A stretch of 62,607 bases of DNA, filler included, from Stramenopiles sp. TOSAG23-3 (Eukaryota): assembly GCA_900128585.1 (NCBI GenBank). It is 9 parts of 9 records of this genome, joined end to end, with 100 filler letters (N's around TTAATTAATTAA, not from the genome) between each part and the next. Parts side by side here need not be neighbours in the genome. Positions count along the whole stretch, not along the records: positions 22,226 to 33,209 come from LT642767.1; positions 33,310 to 44,289 come from LT642768.1; 7 more parts are not named here. One strand, written 5' to 3'. The notes under the pieces are model-generated. The model did no database searches. It was not told the DNA's origin and saw only the letters and a program-made list of their open reading frames with translations. Shown here piece by piece: positions 22,227 through 34,065 of the stretch; positions within the stretch are counted from its first letter, which is position 1; each line of letters starts with the position of its first letter. The translations under genes were made by a program, and so were the position numbers.

Positions 22227-24671
22227 AAGAGGGGCAACCATCCCGTTAGGCAGGATTCCCCCGAATTTTCGAACAACGTGGGGGGATCGCCCAACCAGTT
22301 GAAGACCGACGGAAACGCCCTTAGCCCCGGGCGTTCTGCACCCTTATTCGTGGGTGGAAACAGGCGGGCACCGGTGGCGTTGAAGCAAAAGAGAAAAATT
22401 GATCAAGGGTGCGCGACTTGCCACATACCGTATCCCCATAACTCGGCACCGTTTGCAAACATGCGCTTGGTGCCGTGCCAAAGCTGCAAGCGCAAATGGG
22501 TACCTGAAGTGCTGATGGCGACCATCGAGCCCCCGGCGACCCTGCAAACAATTGGTCGGGGACACCTGGTGCAGGCACGAGCATGTGCGGTATTGTCCAT
22601 GGGACAGTCGGCGCAGAAAAAAGGAGAGGCGCTGGCTATTGCCGTGTCGGAAAAGCTCCCCTTTTTGCAGTACGATTTACACCGGCAGCTGATAAACAAA
22701 ATAAAGCTGCAAGGAATGAACGCAGCATTTGGACTTTGCACCCAAATTCAGCTTGGGCCAAATATTTTGGTAGGCATTGCAACCGCCACGGCATTAAGTT
22801 TGCCCGCACTCCCAAACCCACCGACCCTTCGCATCCAGCGGAACATTAAAGTTGTCGACGAAGAAGATAGGGCATTGGTGTCGTTGCAGAAGCAGTTGCA
22901 GCAGTTGTCTCTGTTCAACCGGAATGCAATTGCACAATCCTCATTGACGACGCACATTCATCGTAAATTGCTGATCGAAGCGATACCTAGGTCAATGTTG
23001 CCAAGCACCCCAAGGCTGAGGCCAAGCAGTTCGAGGCACTTTCGATCTCAGAGTTTGCCCTTTGGGTTCGACGGGAGGGCACCATCGTCACCAAAGCTGT
23101 CGAATAAACGCCCACCGAGTGGTACTGACAGCGACAAAATTTCCAAGGCAAAGTCGTTAGAAGAGAACCAAACGAAAAGCACGCAGAGGTTGGCTTCAGT
23201 GGAAGCCCCAGCAGACACCGCGAAGTCACCGGGAGACAACACTGGTGAAGACGAGGGCAGCAGCCCCGCGAAGAACAGAGTTTCAAAAGAGCTTTTTCCA
23301 AGTGTCTCGGAACAGCCCAAGCCCGAGCAAAGTGGCCGCGCCGAAAACGATAGTGCTGTGGGTGCAAGCAAACCCAAGACCGTGACCGCCATATCTTTGC
23401 TATCGAATGGGATCGACCCAAATCAGGTAGCCAAAGAAGGCAGCCCACACGAGGGATCGTCAGAGACTCTACCGAAAGCACCATCGTTTCCGAATTCGCT
23501 AGAAATTGGCCCACCTGCCCTTCAAATTCGCACCGAGATTTCAAGCAGCAGCTCCAGCTCTAGCAGTTCGTCTTCCTCATCTTCCTCTAACGAAGAGCAC
23601 GAATCCGACGAGTCGAACGACAGCTTTAGTGGCGGCAGCAGTGAAGAAGAGGAGGAAGTGGAGCGAGAGAAGCGACGCAATCGGCGTGGCCGACGCGACG
23701 ATACGAATGAGCCGTTCGTTCTGGAAGTCGACGACGAAACGGACGAAGACCTCATGTCGGTGTTGATGGACCATTTACCACCATTTGGCGTTTCAATGGT
23801 AAACACGGAGCATGTGCCGGGGTGTGAGGCGTCTGCCACCGGGGCCCTGGCAGAAACCCTCATCGTCATACAGCGTATTCCGCTGTCGATGCTGTTGCAA
23901 AACGTAAAAATGGCGCATAGAAATATTACCCTTGCAAAAGTGTTCAAGGATATCCTCGCTTCGTTGGTGTTTAAGATTCGCCGTTCTGCTCCTTGCATGG
24001 TGTGCGACCTGAACATGTGGATTGGTTTACCATCTAACGGGTCCATGGAAGTTTGCGCGACAGGCGTTGTCCTGAAGGAAAGCCCGACGGTTCCCTCTCA
24101 GGTCCGACAAGTGAGAAACCATTACCTGTCCAGGCGTGAGTCGCCGGCCCCTTGTATGCTGCCAAAAGCAATCGCTGCAAAAATCGAGGCAGAAGTGGGC
24201 AGGAAGTTCAAAACCTTCGGAGCTGGCGAGAACAAAGCAGCAGTGGAGGGAGACAGCATATTTGAATTTGACGACAATTCGGGAAACGACCAAGGGTCGA
24301 AAGCCATGGGCGATTTGGTGGAAAATAGGCACTTAACGAACAGCCTGGTAGGAATCACAAACCCAGCGCAGGTCGTGATTACCCCCCTTGCATTTGTTCC
24401 AAGGAAGAACGTCAAGCATTACGTTGGCCACATCAACTTGCACTTTATTCGCGAAAGCTGGACAGTCAATGACCTAGGCGATTTTTATCACGATTTTCTC
24501 GTGCAGGTAAAAGATTGCTGTCGCGCCCAGGTCTATGCCAATGGTGGAAACGCCTTACTATCGTTCCGTGTTCTTCCCCACGAGTCTGGGGGAAAGGTGT
24601 ACCGAAACCAAATTTATACCATGCTAACGGTGAGTGGGGACGCCGTTGTTCTTGTGGATCACTCCGAGTAG
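22227..24671 (+). CDS. C2CD5: C2CD5/CDP138-like protein, 5'-truncated at contig edge
   Basis: CQSCKRKWVPEVLMATIEPP, SEKLPFLQYDLHRQLINKIKLQGMNAAFGL, INLHFIRES, GGNALLSF, VSGDAV (YbjQ-like C-terminal domains). Frame is open to the linker. Confidence 0.8.
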   Translation, partial: KRGNHPVRQDSPEFSNNVGGSPNQLKTDGNALSPGRSAPLFVGGNRRAPVALKQKRKIDQGCATCHIPYPHNSAPFANMRLVPCQSCKRKWVPEVLMATIEPPATLQTIGRGHLVQARACAVLSMGQSAQKKGEALAIAVSEKLPFLQYDLHRQLINKIKLQGMNAAFGLCTQIQLGPNILVGIATATALSLPALPNPPTLRIQRNIKVVDEEDRALVSLQKQLQQLSLFNRNAIAQSSLTTHIHRKLLIEAIPRSMLPSTPRLRPSSSRHFRSQSLPFGFDGRAPSSPKLSNKRPPSGTDSDKISKAKSLEENQTKSTQRLASVEAPADTAKSPGDNTGEDEGSSPAKNRVSKELFPSVSEQPKPEQSGRAENDSAVGASKPKTVTAISLLSNGIDPNQVAKEGSPHEGSSETLPKAPSFPNSLEIGPPALQIRTEISSSSSSSSSSSSSSSSNEEHESDESNDSFSGGSSEEEEEVEREKRRNRRGRRDDTNEPFVLEVDDETDEDLMSVLMDHLPPFGVSMVNTEHVPGCEASATGALAETLIVIQRIPLSMLLQNVKMAHRNITLAKVFKDILASLVFKIRRSAPCMVCDLNMWIGLPSNGSMEVCATGVVLKESPTVPSQVRQVRNHYLSRRESPAPCMLPKAIAAKIEAEVGRKFKTFGAGENKAAVEGDSIFEFDDNSGNDQGSKAMGDLVENRHLTNSLVGITNPAQVVITPLAFVPRKNVKHYVGHINLHFIRESWTVNDLGDFYHDFLVQVKDCCRAQVYANGGNALLSFRVLPHESGGKVYRNQIYTMLTVSGDAVVLVDHSE

Positions 24672-25173
24672 TAGTAAATTATTTGATACTGTTTTCTTAT
24701 TTATTATATAATTACTTCTTCAAAAAAATACTTTTCTATTATACTATACCATAATATTTATTCCTATATAAACATAGTATTCTAATATATAATTAAATAT
24801 AATGTATTATAGCAACCGTTATTTTCCTTTTTTTATTGAAACCCCCTCCTCCTTCTTCCTCCTCCTGGATTTTATTTTATTATTTATTGTATAATATTAT
24901 TATATATAGAAATACAACGGAAGGCGGCGGAGGGGATTATATTAATATTACTAAAAAAAAAAAAAATACAATTATTAATATTCTTTTAAAGAATAATAAT
25001 AAAAAACAACAAAAAGACTTTCTTTCCTTTGCCAAATTGATTTAATATGTTTACGATACCTTAGAAACAGGTAAAAGTATTGTTATGCTTGTGTCTATAC
25101 ATTCATAAAATTCATGCCCAAAGAAGGATAGCAAAGGTATATTGGATTGTTTAGATATAGATTCATATCCATC

Positions 25174-27909
25174 ATGTCAAATAGAAATGGTCGTGACTTA
25201 CCACCGGTACCGTTTGCGAACGATGAGTTAGGCACTGGGGATTTTAACCCTTCGGCTTCATATGCAGCTCCACAATACGGTGGTTTGTCAACAGTCAGTG
25301 GTTTTATACCGCAGGCCCCGACGGTAAGGCGAGGCGGCATAGGCGCGGCAAGAGCCAGTGAAGCAATAGGTGGGGCCAGGTCGACCAGCGCCGTGTATTC
25401 AGGGCTGACGGGGTCTGGATATACTCTGAAAGGGAACCCGGCTCGTTTTCTTCTCCCGCAGACGGACGTTTTATCGTCTGAAGCAGCTATTTCTGGAAAA
25501 TTAGACAATTGGCCTGCGAACGTTTCGTCCAATTTAAGCGGGGCATCGCGGGCGTTGCGGTACCGCAGGAGAAAGGACAAGAAGACCCCCCGCGCGGGGG
25601 GCACGGCCAGGGATGGAAAAGAGGCGGTGCCAGGAGCGAGCGTGTCTAGTATTTTGGGGAAGAACAACCGGGGAAACAACAGTACCGTGGTGTCCGGGGC
25701 GAAGCCACGATTTTTGAAACAAATAGAGCATTTTATCGAGTCGGAGCTGATGGCAATTGGTGCTACCTCGGAAGGGGGGGAGCCGAGCGCCGCGCGGCTT
25801 CAGGTGTTTCGGGAAGCCTTTCAGTACGTCATTGACGATTTCAAAACATACAAGCCCTTGCTGGCTGCGATAAAGAACGAGTACGACATGCTGCTGGACA
25901 AGTACGCAAGGAGTTTGCACTACATCCCACCGCTGAAAGCGCGCTTGTCAACGGCAAAGGCCGACACCCAACAACGGCTTGAACACCAGCAAGGCCAGCA
26001 CGAGAAGGAAATGAAGCGCCTGAATGACATGGTAGAGTTGTTGGAGAAGAACAACGCCGAAATGAAGGCGTTGAACAAGACGCTCACACAGGACAACCTG
26101 AAGATCACACAGGGGTTGGACGAGCAGAGGGCCAAGTATTTGGACATGAAGACTGCGAACTTGTCCCTGATAGAATCTGTGAAATCCAAAGACGCTATCA
26201 TTGTGGACGAGAAGATGAAAGTGTCCCAGCAGACTGACCGCTCAAAATATCTGGCGATGCAGCTGGAACAGTCCGAGTTGAAGTACGATACGTCCAAGGC
26301 GGAAGTGAAAAAGTTGCGCGCAAAACTCGAAGAGGTGGTCGCGAGTGCAAAAGAGCCAGAAATCACCCCGGCGCAGATGCTGGCGGTGCAAAAGGAATTG
26401 AAAAAGTCCAGGGACGACTTGGACAAAGCCTCAAAGGAATTCAAGAAGATTCAAGCAAAACACGCGAAGCTGGCGAGTGCTGCCGAGAATTTGACTGCCA
26501 AGAATAAAACGCTGGAGACTAAATTAAAGGAAGCGGAAGACTCCAACGCGAAAGCAATAGCATCGCGCTCGCAGTTGAATCGCATGGAAGACGCGGGGAT
26601 TCCGCTTCCCCAAGTATCGATGCACACCGCTGTTGCTGCGGCGCAGACGGCGATGAGCCGCAAGCGCAACGCGGAGAGTGGCGCCGGGGAGCAGGCGCCG
26701 GAGCATGTAGACCGGTCGATCCACGAATGCCTGATGGCGTGCTTGCACCACATCGACCACCAAGGGCTCGAAGACATTGACCATGGCGACAACGCAGCGT
26801 CCAAGCCCGAAAGCCTTGTTGTGCTGAGCGGCCTCGGGATTTCGACCGAGGCGCCGGGCGAAGGGACAGCCTACACACACCTGGATGTGCCCGAGGGCGC
26901 CGTAAAGAGCGTCGTGCATAGCGCGAAGTCTGCAAAGGACCTTGGCATGAGCAAGGATACGCAGCGGGTGAAAGACGCCAACGCGTACTTCGTTGGCAAA
27001 GGCGTGGGCGACGCGGTCCCCTTGTATTTGCGGGGGAACGGTCGGGTCAAGAATTTGTTCCTGAACAAGAGGGAGGTGGAGCAGTTTATCAAAACGTGCT
27101 GGATCCAGAAGGGTCGAAAGCGTTACACGAAAACTCTGGAGGAGTTCATGTACGTGTTTTTGTGCGAAAAGTATCCTCGGTCGCCGGCGGAACGGCTGGA
27201 ATTCGGGTACAGCCTGCTGTACGCTTTGGACAAGTACAACTACGACGCAGACTGCGATTTGTTCCAAAAGGTGTTGTTGAAAGAGTTGCCGGAGGAGGTG
27301 TTCCTGTCGCAGGGTCGTTTGATCCGAAAAATCCAAGAGTCGTGCATCCGGGACGACCGGAAGGACGGGGACCAGTCCGGGCGCCTGCGAAAGACCCAGA
27401 TAATCGCCATTGTCCGGAAGTTGTGCCCAACGAAGTCCGCGGAGAGCTTCAAGGAGATCGAACAGGCTCTCTTTTTCGACACGCAGCTGAGCTCCGTGGA
27501 CTACTTAAAGCTGTTCCAAGAGGACGAGGAAGGGGATCAGGGAAAGTTTGTCGAGTGCTTGCGCGACCAGTACCTGGACGAATGCTTCCTGTTCCGGGAA
27601 CAAATTCAGTCCGCACTTGATATCTTGCAGATGAACGCGGCCGACGTGGGGAAGGCCGTGACCTTTTCAGACGTTCGCCGGGCGTTGAAAACGATCGCCC
27701 CGGAGAAAACGCCGGAAGAGATCAGCACGTACATTACCCAAGGCAGCGGGACAATTAATTCCTTGGGAGGAGGAGGAAGCAGTACCGATAGTAGCCTTTT
27801 GGTGGAAACTGACCCCGACATAATGGCCAGCGATTTGCCAATGGAAGCCGACGCCGTCAATGTCGACGAGTTTTTAACGAACCTGTCCCAGTACTTGCTG
27901 CATCGTTGA
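25174..27909 (+). CDS. TSNAXIP1: translin-associated factor X-interacting protein 1-like
   Basis: RLQVFREAFQYVIDDFKTYKPLLAAIKNEYD, coiled coil, FVGKGVGDAVPLYLRGNGRVKN, YDADCDLF, LFQEDEEGDQGKFVECLRDQY. Confidence 0.85.
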   Translation: MSNRNGRDLPPVPFANDELGTGDFNPSASYAAPQYGGLSTVSGFIPQAPTVRRGGIGAARASEAIGGARSTSAVYSGLTGSGYTLKGNPARFLLPQTDVLSSEAAISGKLDNWPANVSSNLSGASRALRYRRRKDKKTPRAGGTARDGKEAVPGASVSSILGKNNRGNNSTVVSGAKPRFLKQIEHFIESELMAIGATSEGGEPSAARLQVFREAFQYVIDDFKTYKPLLAAIKNEYDMLLDKYARSLHYIPPLKARLSTAKADTQQRLEHQQGQHEKEMKRLNDMVELLEKNNAEMKALNKTLTQDNLKITQGLDEQRAKYLDMKTANLSLIESVKSKDAIIVDEKMKVSQQTDRSKYLAMQLEQSELKYDTSKAEVKKLRAKLEEVVASAKEPEITPAQMLAVQKELKKSRDDLDKASKEFKKIQAKHAKLASAAENLTAKNKTLETKLKEAEDSNAKAIASRSQLNRMEDAGIPLPQVSMHTAVAAAQTAMSRKRNAESGAGEQAPEHVDRSIHECLMACLHHIDHQGLEDIDHGDNAASKPESLVVLSGLGISTEAPGEGTAYTHLDVPEGAVKSVVHSAKSAKDLGMSKDTQRVKDANAYFVGKGVGDAVPLYLRGNGRVKNLFLNKREVEQFIKTCWIQKGRKRYTKTLEEFMYVFLCEKYPRSPAERLEFGYSLLYALDKYNYDADCDLFQKVLLKELPEEVFLSQGRLIRKIQESCIRDDRKDGDQSGRLRKTQIIAIVRKLCPTKSAESFKEIEQALFFDTQLSSVDYLKLFQEDEEGDQGKFVECLRDQYLDECFLFREQIQSALDILQMNAADVGKAVTFSDVRRALKTIAPEKTPEEISTYITQGSGTINSLGGGGSSTDSSLLVETDPDIMASDLPMEADAVNVDEFLTNLSQYLLHR

Positions 27910-28440
27910 TTTTGTTGTTGATTTGTTGTCGATGATAAATTAATTATATTTTTCAATTACCTTTACCTTAAGAATGTATATTTTGGTGGGAAAATCTAGT
28001 TCCCCGACGGTGATGATATTTTTATCAATGCTGTTAGATGTATATATATATACAACAAACAGCATGCATGTATTGTTTATTAATGGTATGACTAGGTTGA
28101 AATTTAGCCAACTACAAATTCAAATATTTTTAATATTTTCCATCTCAATAAAAGTAAGGAACATCCAATAAAATACTAAAGTAGTATCGAGATTATATAA
28201 ATAACTGAATACTGTACTTATATTTATATATAATTTATATTGAAACGTATAATTTACTCGATATAATATCTGCTAATAATTAAAGTATTGAAAATTGAAG
28301 AGGGAATCTGAACTTTCCCCTTTTTTATTCTATTTCTATACTATTGCTATGTTAATTAAAACTACCACAACGATTTAGTATTACCTATTGAAAGACTACA
28401 AATTAGTACGGATTATACTCACGAAAATAAATAAATTTAC

Positions 28441-28740
28441 TTGGAATCGAATTCATGCTATTTCTATGTACAACATGACTTTAAAAATTAGTTGGAATCG
28501 ATTTGATGCTATTTCTATGCATAAAATGACTTTAAAAATTAGTTGGAATCGAATTCATGCTATTTTCATGTATAAAATGACTTAAAAAAATTAGTTGGAA
28601 TCGAATTGATGCTATTTCTATGTATAAAATGACTTAAAAAATTAGTTGGAATCGAATTGATGCTATTTCTATGTATAAAATGACTTGAAAAATTAGTTGG
28701 AATCGAATTGATGCTATTTCTATGTATAAAATGACTTTAA
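28441..28740. repeat. 51-bp minisatellite, about 5.9 copies
   Basis: Unit TTGGAATCGAATTGATGCTATTTCTATGTATAAAATGACTTAAAAAATTAG starting at 28441, 28492, 28543, 28595, 28646 and 28697; no unique spacers. Confidence 0.93.
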
Positions 28741-29411
28741 ATTGTTATCTTTTTCTTCTTGTTTTTCTTTCTTCTTGAGGTTTGTTTTCTATGCTGTGTA
28801 TATGTTTTTAGTTCAGTGAAAATTAATAAAAATGGGTAGTTCGTATTTTTATTAATTATTAAAAAAAGTGTCCTTCTTCGTTACTTAAAGCGCTTTTAAT
28901 ACTCTAATATTAAGGATACATATACATACATACAAGAGCTTAAAATAATTTGTTTGGTATGATTATATAAAATGGAAAAAACAAAAACGAATTTATCATT
29001 TATTAAGACAATTGCTTAAATAAGGCAAGTTCAACAAAAAAAAATAAGAATTGAAAAAAAAAAGTTCTTTTTTCAACGCAAGGAAGTAACAACTTGAGCT
29101 TGAGTTTTCAAAGAAAGGAATGCATAGGCACGATGGAATTGAATGAAGGGACGAGAAAAGGTTGGCGAAGCTCTCTGATCCATTTTCAGTTGAGGGGTCT
29201 CCTTTTCCTTTCCAAATATTTCGTACCGCGTTGAATATTTACACGAAAGAGAGAGAAAGCGAGTGCGTGCGTGTGTGCGTGAGAGATCGATAGCACATTT
29301 CAGGTGGCAGGTGTTGATTGTTCCACTTTTATGGGAATAGCAGTTCCAACGGTGTTATAATACAAATAGTAACGAATAGCGTGCGTGTTTCGTTTTCCAC
29401 GATACGCGGCG

Positions 29412-31889
29412 ATGAGGAAGGCAACGAATACAAGTAAAATAAACGCAGTACCCATCGGCCGGAAGAGGCGCGGGGTAACTGTGCCACGGTCGGGGAGTGC
29501 CCACCACAGTGTACCTGCGAGGGGTACGCCGTCGGGGTCGAACGGACTATTTAATAAATCGTCGGGCGGCACCTCCACCACTCCGGGCGGCAACATGCTG
29601 CCGATTCGCCGGGTGTACGTGTCACCCAAGCGAAAACGGGAAGATAGTGAGACGCGCCACAAGCGCCGTCTGGCCAACGGCTTAGGAATAGCGAACGAGC
29701 TGCGGGGCTCGTTCGACGACCTTACGTTAGCGGGAAAGCGAAGGAGTTTGGTGCCCCCCCTTGGCGGGCGCTTGGGGCGGCCCGACTTTCGCCTTGCGAG
29801 GTCGGATTTGAGCCCCATGTCTATGTTGCGGCAGGACGACCGGGACGTGGAAAGTCTCGGCCCGCCGCGGGCCTCTCGACGCATCGACGAGTTCGAACAG
29901 TCCCCCCCGTTCACCTCCCGTTCGGACCGTTCCGATATTTCCATGGCCTCCTCCGTCGGTGCCTCCATGGACACGTCCGGCAGCCCTTTTGCCATCTCGC
30001 CGGCGTCCACGACGTCCCCGGCGAACACGACTGGGCACGACTCGCTGCTTCTGCACTCCGGCGGCGGGTCGTCCGCGCGGCGAAGGAAAAGCAGCAACAA
30101 ACGATTCACGGACACCCGCTTCAACCCGAACGCGCACCAGTCCATGGTCGTCCAAGGGGTGGCCGCCATGCCGAAGCGCAGCGGGGGAAGGATCCGGTCG
30201 GGCGAACGCCGCCGGGCAGTGTCGTCCCCAGGGACGATGCGGAAGAAGAAGGGCAACGTGCTGGATTACAATGGGATAGTGGACATCGACCTGGACATGT
30301 CCACGGACGTCTCCCCTGTTTCAGGGAGCGGCGAACTTAGTAAATACGACGACGACCAGATATCGCCCGGCGTGCTGTCGGCTCGGTCTGCATCGAGCCG
30401 CGGGTCGCTGAGCTCGTCGCGTCTCAACTCCCCGCCCCCCTTGATTGCCTTGCGCACCCCGTCCAAGCCGGTGTGGAACGGCCCGGCCCCGTGCGCGGAC
30501 GACGACGACGACGACGATTACATGTTCGGCGCGGGTTCCTCCGAGGGAAAGTCGTGCGCCAGCGACGAAGGGCACTCCTCGAAGGCGGGGGAGCCGGAAG
30601 ACAGTGCCGGGTACTCGGGCCCCCAGAGCAGTAGCAGTAGGAGGACGACGGGCCGGCCGACGCCCGAGTCCGAGGCGTTCAAAGTGACCCCCCAGGGCCG
30701 GCCAACGCCGGCCATGGAGGCCTTCGAACGGAAGTCCACCCCGAGTCGGGAGAAAGGCCCGCAGTGCCCGCCGACCCCGGTCCGGACCCCGACGTGGGCG
30801 CACTCGAGCGTCGTCGGAGGGGGGCATAGTCCCGGAGCCCACGAGCATAGAAGTTCCCTCGACGGCACGAAGCTCCTGTTCGCGTCCAGTTCGTACGACG
30901 AGCAGGAGGTAACGTCCGACGATTTCCAAAAGATTTCCCGCCTTGGCCAAGGGTCGTCCTCTGAGGTCTTCAAGTGCCGGAACGTCCACGACGACAAGCT
31001 GTACGCGGTAAAGATATCGAAGCGCCAATTTAGAAGCAAGCGGGACCGTGAAAACTACTTGAATGAGGTTCAAATCTTCAAGCCGTTGGGGGCCTCGTGC
31101 CCCCACATCCTCCACTACCATCGGGCGTGGCAGGAGAACGGGCACTTCTACATTCAGTACGAGTACTGCGCTCGCGGGGATCTGCAGTCGTTTTTGGAGG
31201 ACATTGCCCAGCCCCTCAAAGACGATATGATTTGGGGCCTAGTTGTAGATATTGTGGCCGGCTTAAACCACATCCACATGAACAAATTGGTGCACTTGGA
31301 CATAAAACCATCGAACATATTTATCACGTCGGATGGTACGTTGAAAATTGGGGATTTTGGAATGGTCACCAAGGTTGGGTCGAGCGAGGACGGCCGGGAA
31401 GGCGACAGCGTGTACATGGCCCCGGAGCTCTTGAGCTCCAGCCACGTAAAGTCGCCCGCGAACGACATATTTAGTTTTGGAATCATGCTGTGGGAAATTT
31501 TGTTCGGTTGCGAACCGCCGCAGGACGGCGAAATGTGGCACGCGCTGCGCAACGACAGGGTCCCGCGCCCGGACGGCAAAGGCTCCGAGGAGCTGTTTCA
31601 TTTTGTAAAATCTTTGCTGAGCTCCGACCCCTCCAAGCGCCCAACGGCGTTTCAAATCATGAAGATGCCCCGGGTCATCGCGGCATCTCAAATAGAAAAC
31701 AGCTGGATCTTGAACGTACCGAAGAAAAAAAAGCACCGTTTCCCCGCCCACTTGCAGCTCGGGCGCTCGGACTCGTTCGTCGGGTCAAGCACAAGCATCG
31801 CCCCACCGTTCGACATGGAAGACATCATGCGGCAAAGGGAAGGGCTGTGTACGCCAAAGGACCAGCCCGTGAACCCGAATTGGATGTGA
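29412..31889 (+). CDS. WEE1: Wee1/Myt1 family protein kinase
   Basis: LGQGSSSEV, YAVK, YHRAWQENGHFYIQYEYC, HLDIKPSNIF, KIGDFG, EGDSVYMAPE (EGD is typical of Wee1/Myt1); long S/TP-rich N-terminus with CPPTP. Confidence 0.88.
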   Translation: MRKATNTSKINAVPIGRKRRGVTVPRSGSAHHSVPARGTPSGSNGLFNKSSGGTSTTPGGNMLPIRRVYVSPKRKREDSETRHKRRLANGLGIANELRGSFDDLTLAGKRRSLVPPLGGRLGRPDFRLARSDLSPMSMLRQDDRDVESLGPPRASRRIDEFEQSPPFTSRSDRSDISMASSVGASMDTSGSPFAISPASTTSPANTTGHDSLLLHSGGGSSARRRKSSNKRFTDTRFNPNAHQSMVVQGVAAMPKRSGGRIRSGERRRAVSSPGTMRKKKGNVLDYNGIVDIDLDMSTDVSPVSGSGELSKYDDDQISPGVLSARSASSRGSLSSSRLNSPPPLIALRTPSKPVWNGPAPCADDDDDDDYMFGAGSSEGKSCASDEGHSSKAGEPEDSAGYSGPQSSSSRRTTGRPTPESEAFKVTPQGRPTPAMEAFERKSTPSREKGPQCPPTPVRTPTWAHSSVVGGGHSPGAHEHRSSLDGTKLLFASSSYDEQEVTSDDFQKISRLGQGSSSEVFKCRNVHDDKLYAVKISKRQFRSKRDRENYLNEVQIFKPLGASCPHILHYHRAWQENGHFYIQYEYCARGDLQSFLEDIAQPLKDDMIWGLVVDIVAGLNHIHMNKLVHLDIKPSNIFITSDGTLKIGDFGMVTKVGSSEDGREGDSVYMAPELLSSSHVKSPANDIFSFGIMLWEILFGCEPPQDGEMWHALRNDRVPRPDGKGSEELFHFVKSLLSSDPSKRPTAFQIMKMPRVIAASQIENSWILNVPKKKKHRFPAHLQLGRSDSFVGSSTSIAPPFDMEDIMRQREGLCTPKDQPVNPNWM

Positions 31890-32177
31890 AAAGGAGGCGC
31901 GAGAGGAGAGCGTCTGCGATGCACTGGGTTCGGCACCTTTCAAGTTTTAAAACGTACCGTAAAAATTGTTTTGTAAAGAATTTTTTATAAATACTTTGTA
32001 ATAAGAATCGAAGAGTAAAGTATTATGTGATAGGAACGTACACGCATTTATACGCGAAGATATTATAACGTAATCTTACTCTCCTTCCGTTTTATAAAGG
32101 AGGAGAGGGAGGGGTAAGTTTATCCTAATTTCAACCTTGGTAAGCAAAAGGTTTACACTCGTTTTCTTGTCGCGCGT

Positions 32178-32828
32178 TTACTCCGACACGAAATGGTGAA
32201 ACCGATCGAGCCACCGTATGTATTCCTCCTGCTCTTTCCCCCTCGCAAACTCCGTAAGAGTCGCTGCCAGGGCACCGTTAATGCCATGGTCTTCGAGATA
32301 GTCCAAAAAGGCGTGTTGAATCTTTTCGTCGAGATCCTCAAATTTGGGGCCGTCATAAATCGACTTATCTGACGAGTCTTGGTGAGCGTCCATGATTTGC
32401 ACATTGACGACCGTCACGTCGGCCCCTAAAATTTCGCATCGGAACCCCATTATCGTCTTGTCCCGTTGGAGGGACACGTCAACGAAATGCCCCTCTTTAA
32501 TGTCGTCACCTTCTTCATATTCCTGGGTGTCCTCTACGTCCAGCCTAACTTTCACCGCGTTTCCATTCACAGTCTTTTCTAACTCAATTACAGGAGACCC
32601 GACGTCGACCTTTACGGAGAACTCATCCCTCCACTGTGCAAGTATTCCGTCCAAATCTACCCCCATCTCTTCCAGATTATCTTCCTCTTCGTCAAGCTCC
32701 TGGTCTAACAACCCAGCGAGTTTATCCCCGGAGGAAAAATGGACCGTGGCCACCGCCCTGGTTGCACAGGCCGCACGACGCCAAACGTTTGCAACCACCG
32801 CCCGGTTCGTCACGTACCGTAAAAACAT
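32178..32828 (-). CDS. MAM33: MAM33/p32 (C1QBP) mitochondrial glycoprotein
   Basis: YDGPKFEDLDEKIQHAFLDYLEDHGIN...KEQEEYIRWL; Arg/Ala-rich presequence from ATG 32828. Confidence 0.9.
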   Translation of the reverse strand: MFLRYVTNRAVVANVWRRAACATRAVATVHFSSGDKLAGLLDQELDEEEDNLEEMGVDLDGILAQWRDEFSVKVDVGSPVIELEKTVNGNAVKVRLDVEDTQEYEEGDDIKEGHFVDVSLQRDKTIMGFRCEILGADVTVVNVQIMDAHQDSSDKSIYDGPKFEDLDEKIQHAFLDYLEDHGINGALAATLTEFARGKEQEEYIRWLDRFHHFVSE

Positions 32829-33141
32829 TCTTCTTAATAAAAACAATACAAGAAAGTACACGAAAAAAATTGGTTTTCACAAGAAGATAAAAAGGTAAGG
32901 ATAAAACATTATACAATGAACAAAATTCATATGCAAACTTTACTGTAAAAAACAAAAATCTATATCGTCGAACAAAAACAAGAAGAAAAAAAGGAGGAAG
33001 AAGAAGAGGAGAGGAGGAGGAGGAGAGAAGAAGATAAAAAAAAAAGAAGAAGATTTTCTTTCTTCTCTTCTCTTCTTTCTTCTCTTCTTTTTTTCTTCTC
33101 TTCTTTCTTTCTTTCTTCTCTTCCTTGTTGTTTCTTTCGAC

Positions 33142-33144
<3 letters not shown>

Positions 33145-33209
<65 letters not shown>
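33145..33209. repeat. (TTTC)n microsatellite at contig end
   Basis: Seen directly; probable cause of the assembly break. Confidence 0.95.
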
Positions 33210-34065
33210 NNNNNNNNNNNNNNNNNNNNNNNNNNNNNNNNNNNNNNNNNNNNTTAATTAATTAANNNNNNNNNNNNNNNNNNNNNNNNNNNNNNNNNNN
33301 NNNNNNNNNAATTAATTAGAATTACAAAGTTAGGGCTGGATTAATCCTATGCTCTGTGTATGTATTAGTGTGATATTTATTATTATAATTATAATCAAAT
33401 AAATAAATGGAAAAAAATGGCAGTTAAAATAAAAAATAATGTTAATATTAGGGTTTTGTTCGAACGTTAAAAATTAAATTAATAAATAAATAAAGTTATA
33501 CAGTAGGAGGAAATTTGTTCTTCTTTTAATAATAATTTTCAAGTTCGCCAATTTTCAAGATTTATTTTATTCAGCTTAACATGATCACAGTATTATTGAT
33601 TTTAATATTATACTACCGGTATAAAAAAATAAAAAAAGAAGAAGAAGAAAAAAGAAGAAAGAAGAGAAAAAAAAGAAAGAGGTGTTGAATTTTAATTTTC
33701 ACATTTGACATTTCACAGCTATTCTTTCTCATTTTGTATTTGCTATTATAGCACAAGTATTAAAGTGGCGAGTTAACGATAAATGGATACAGATCGATAA
33801 ATGGGAGAAGAACAGCAACATAAACTTGAAGAGAGGAATCGATATAGTATTTGAATATTTTGGTGAAGGGATCAACGCCAGTAGTTTTTTGTTCGGCAGT
33901 TTACTTTCCAACAGTTAATGGTGCAAGAAGTGGCAAAGAAAATAATATTTCTTGTACGCAAAATTCTCCACCTAGACGACATATAAAGTGGACGGCAGGC
34001 GAGCTCCGAAAGCCTAATCGTGAACATTTGAACAACCTACAGTTGGCCTGTATTATTGCAGAAAA

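Noticed and set aside
28441-28740. CRISPR-like periodic array
   Set aside because: Units are contiguous near-identical copies with no unique spacers, and there are no cas genes.
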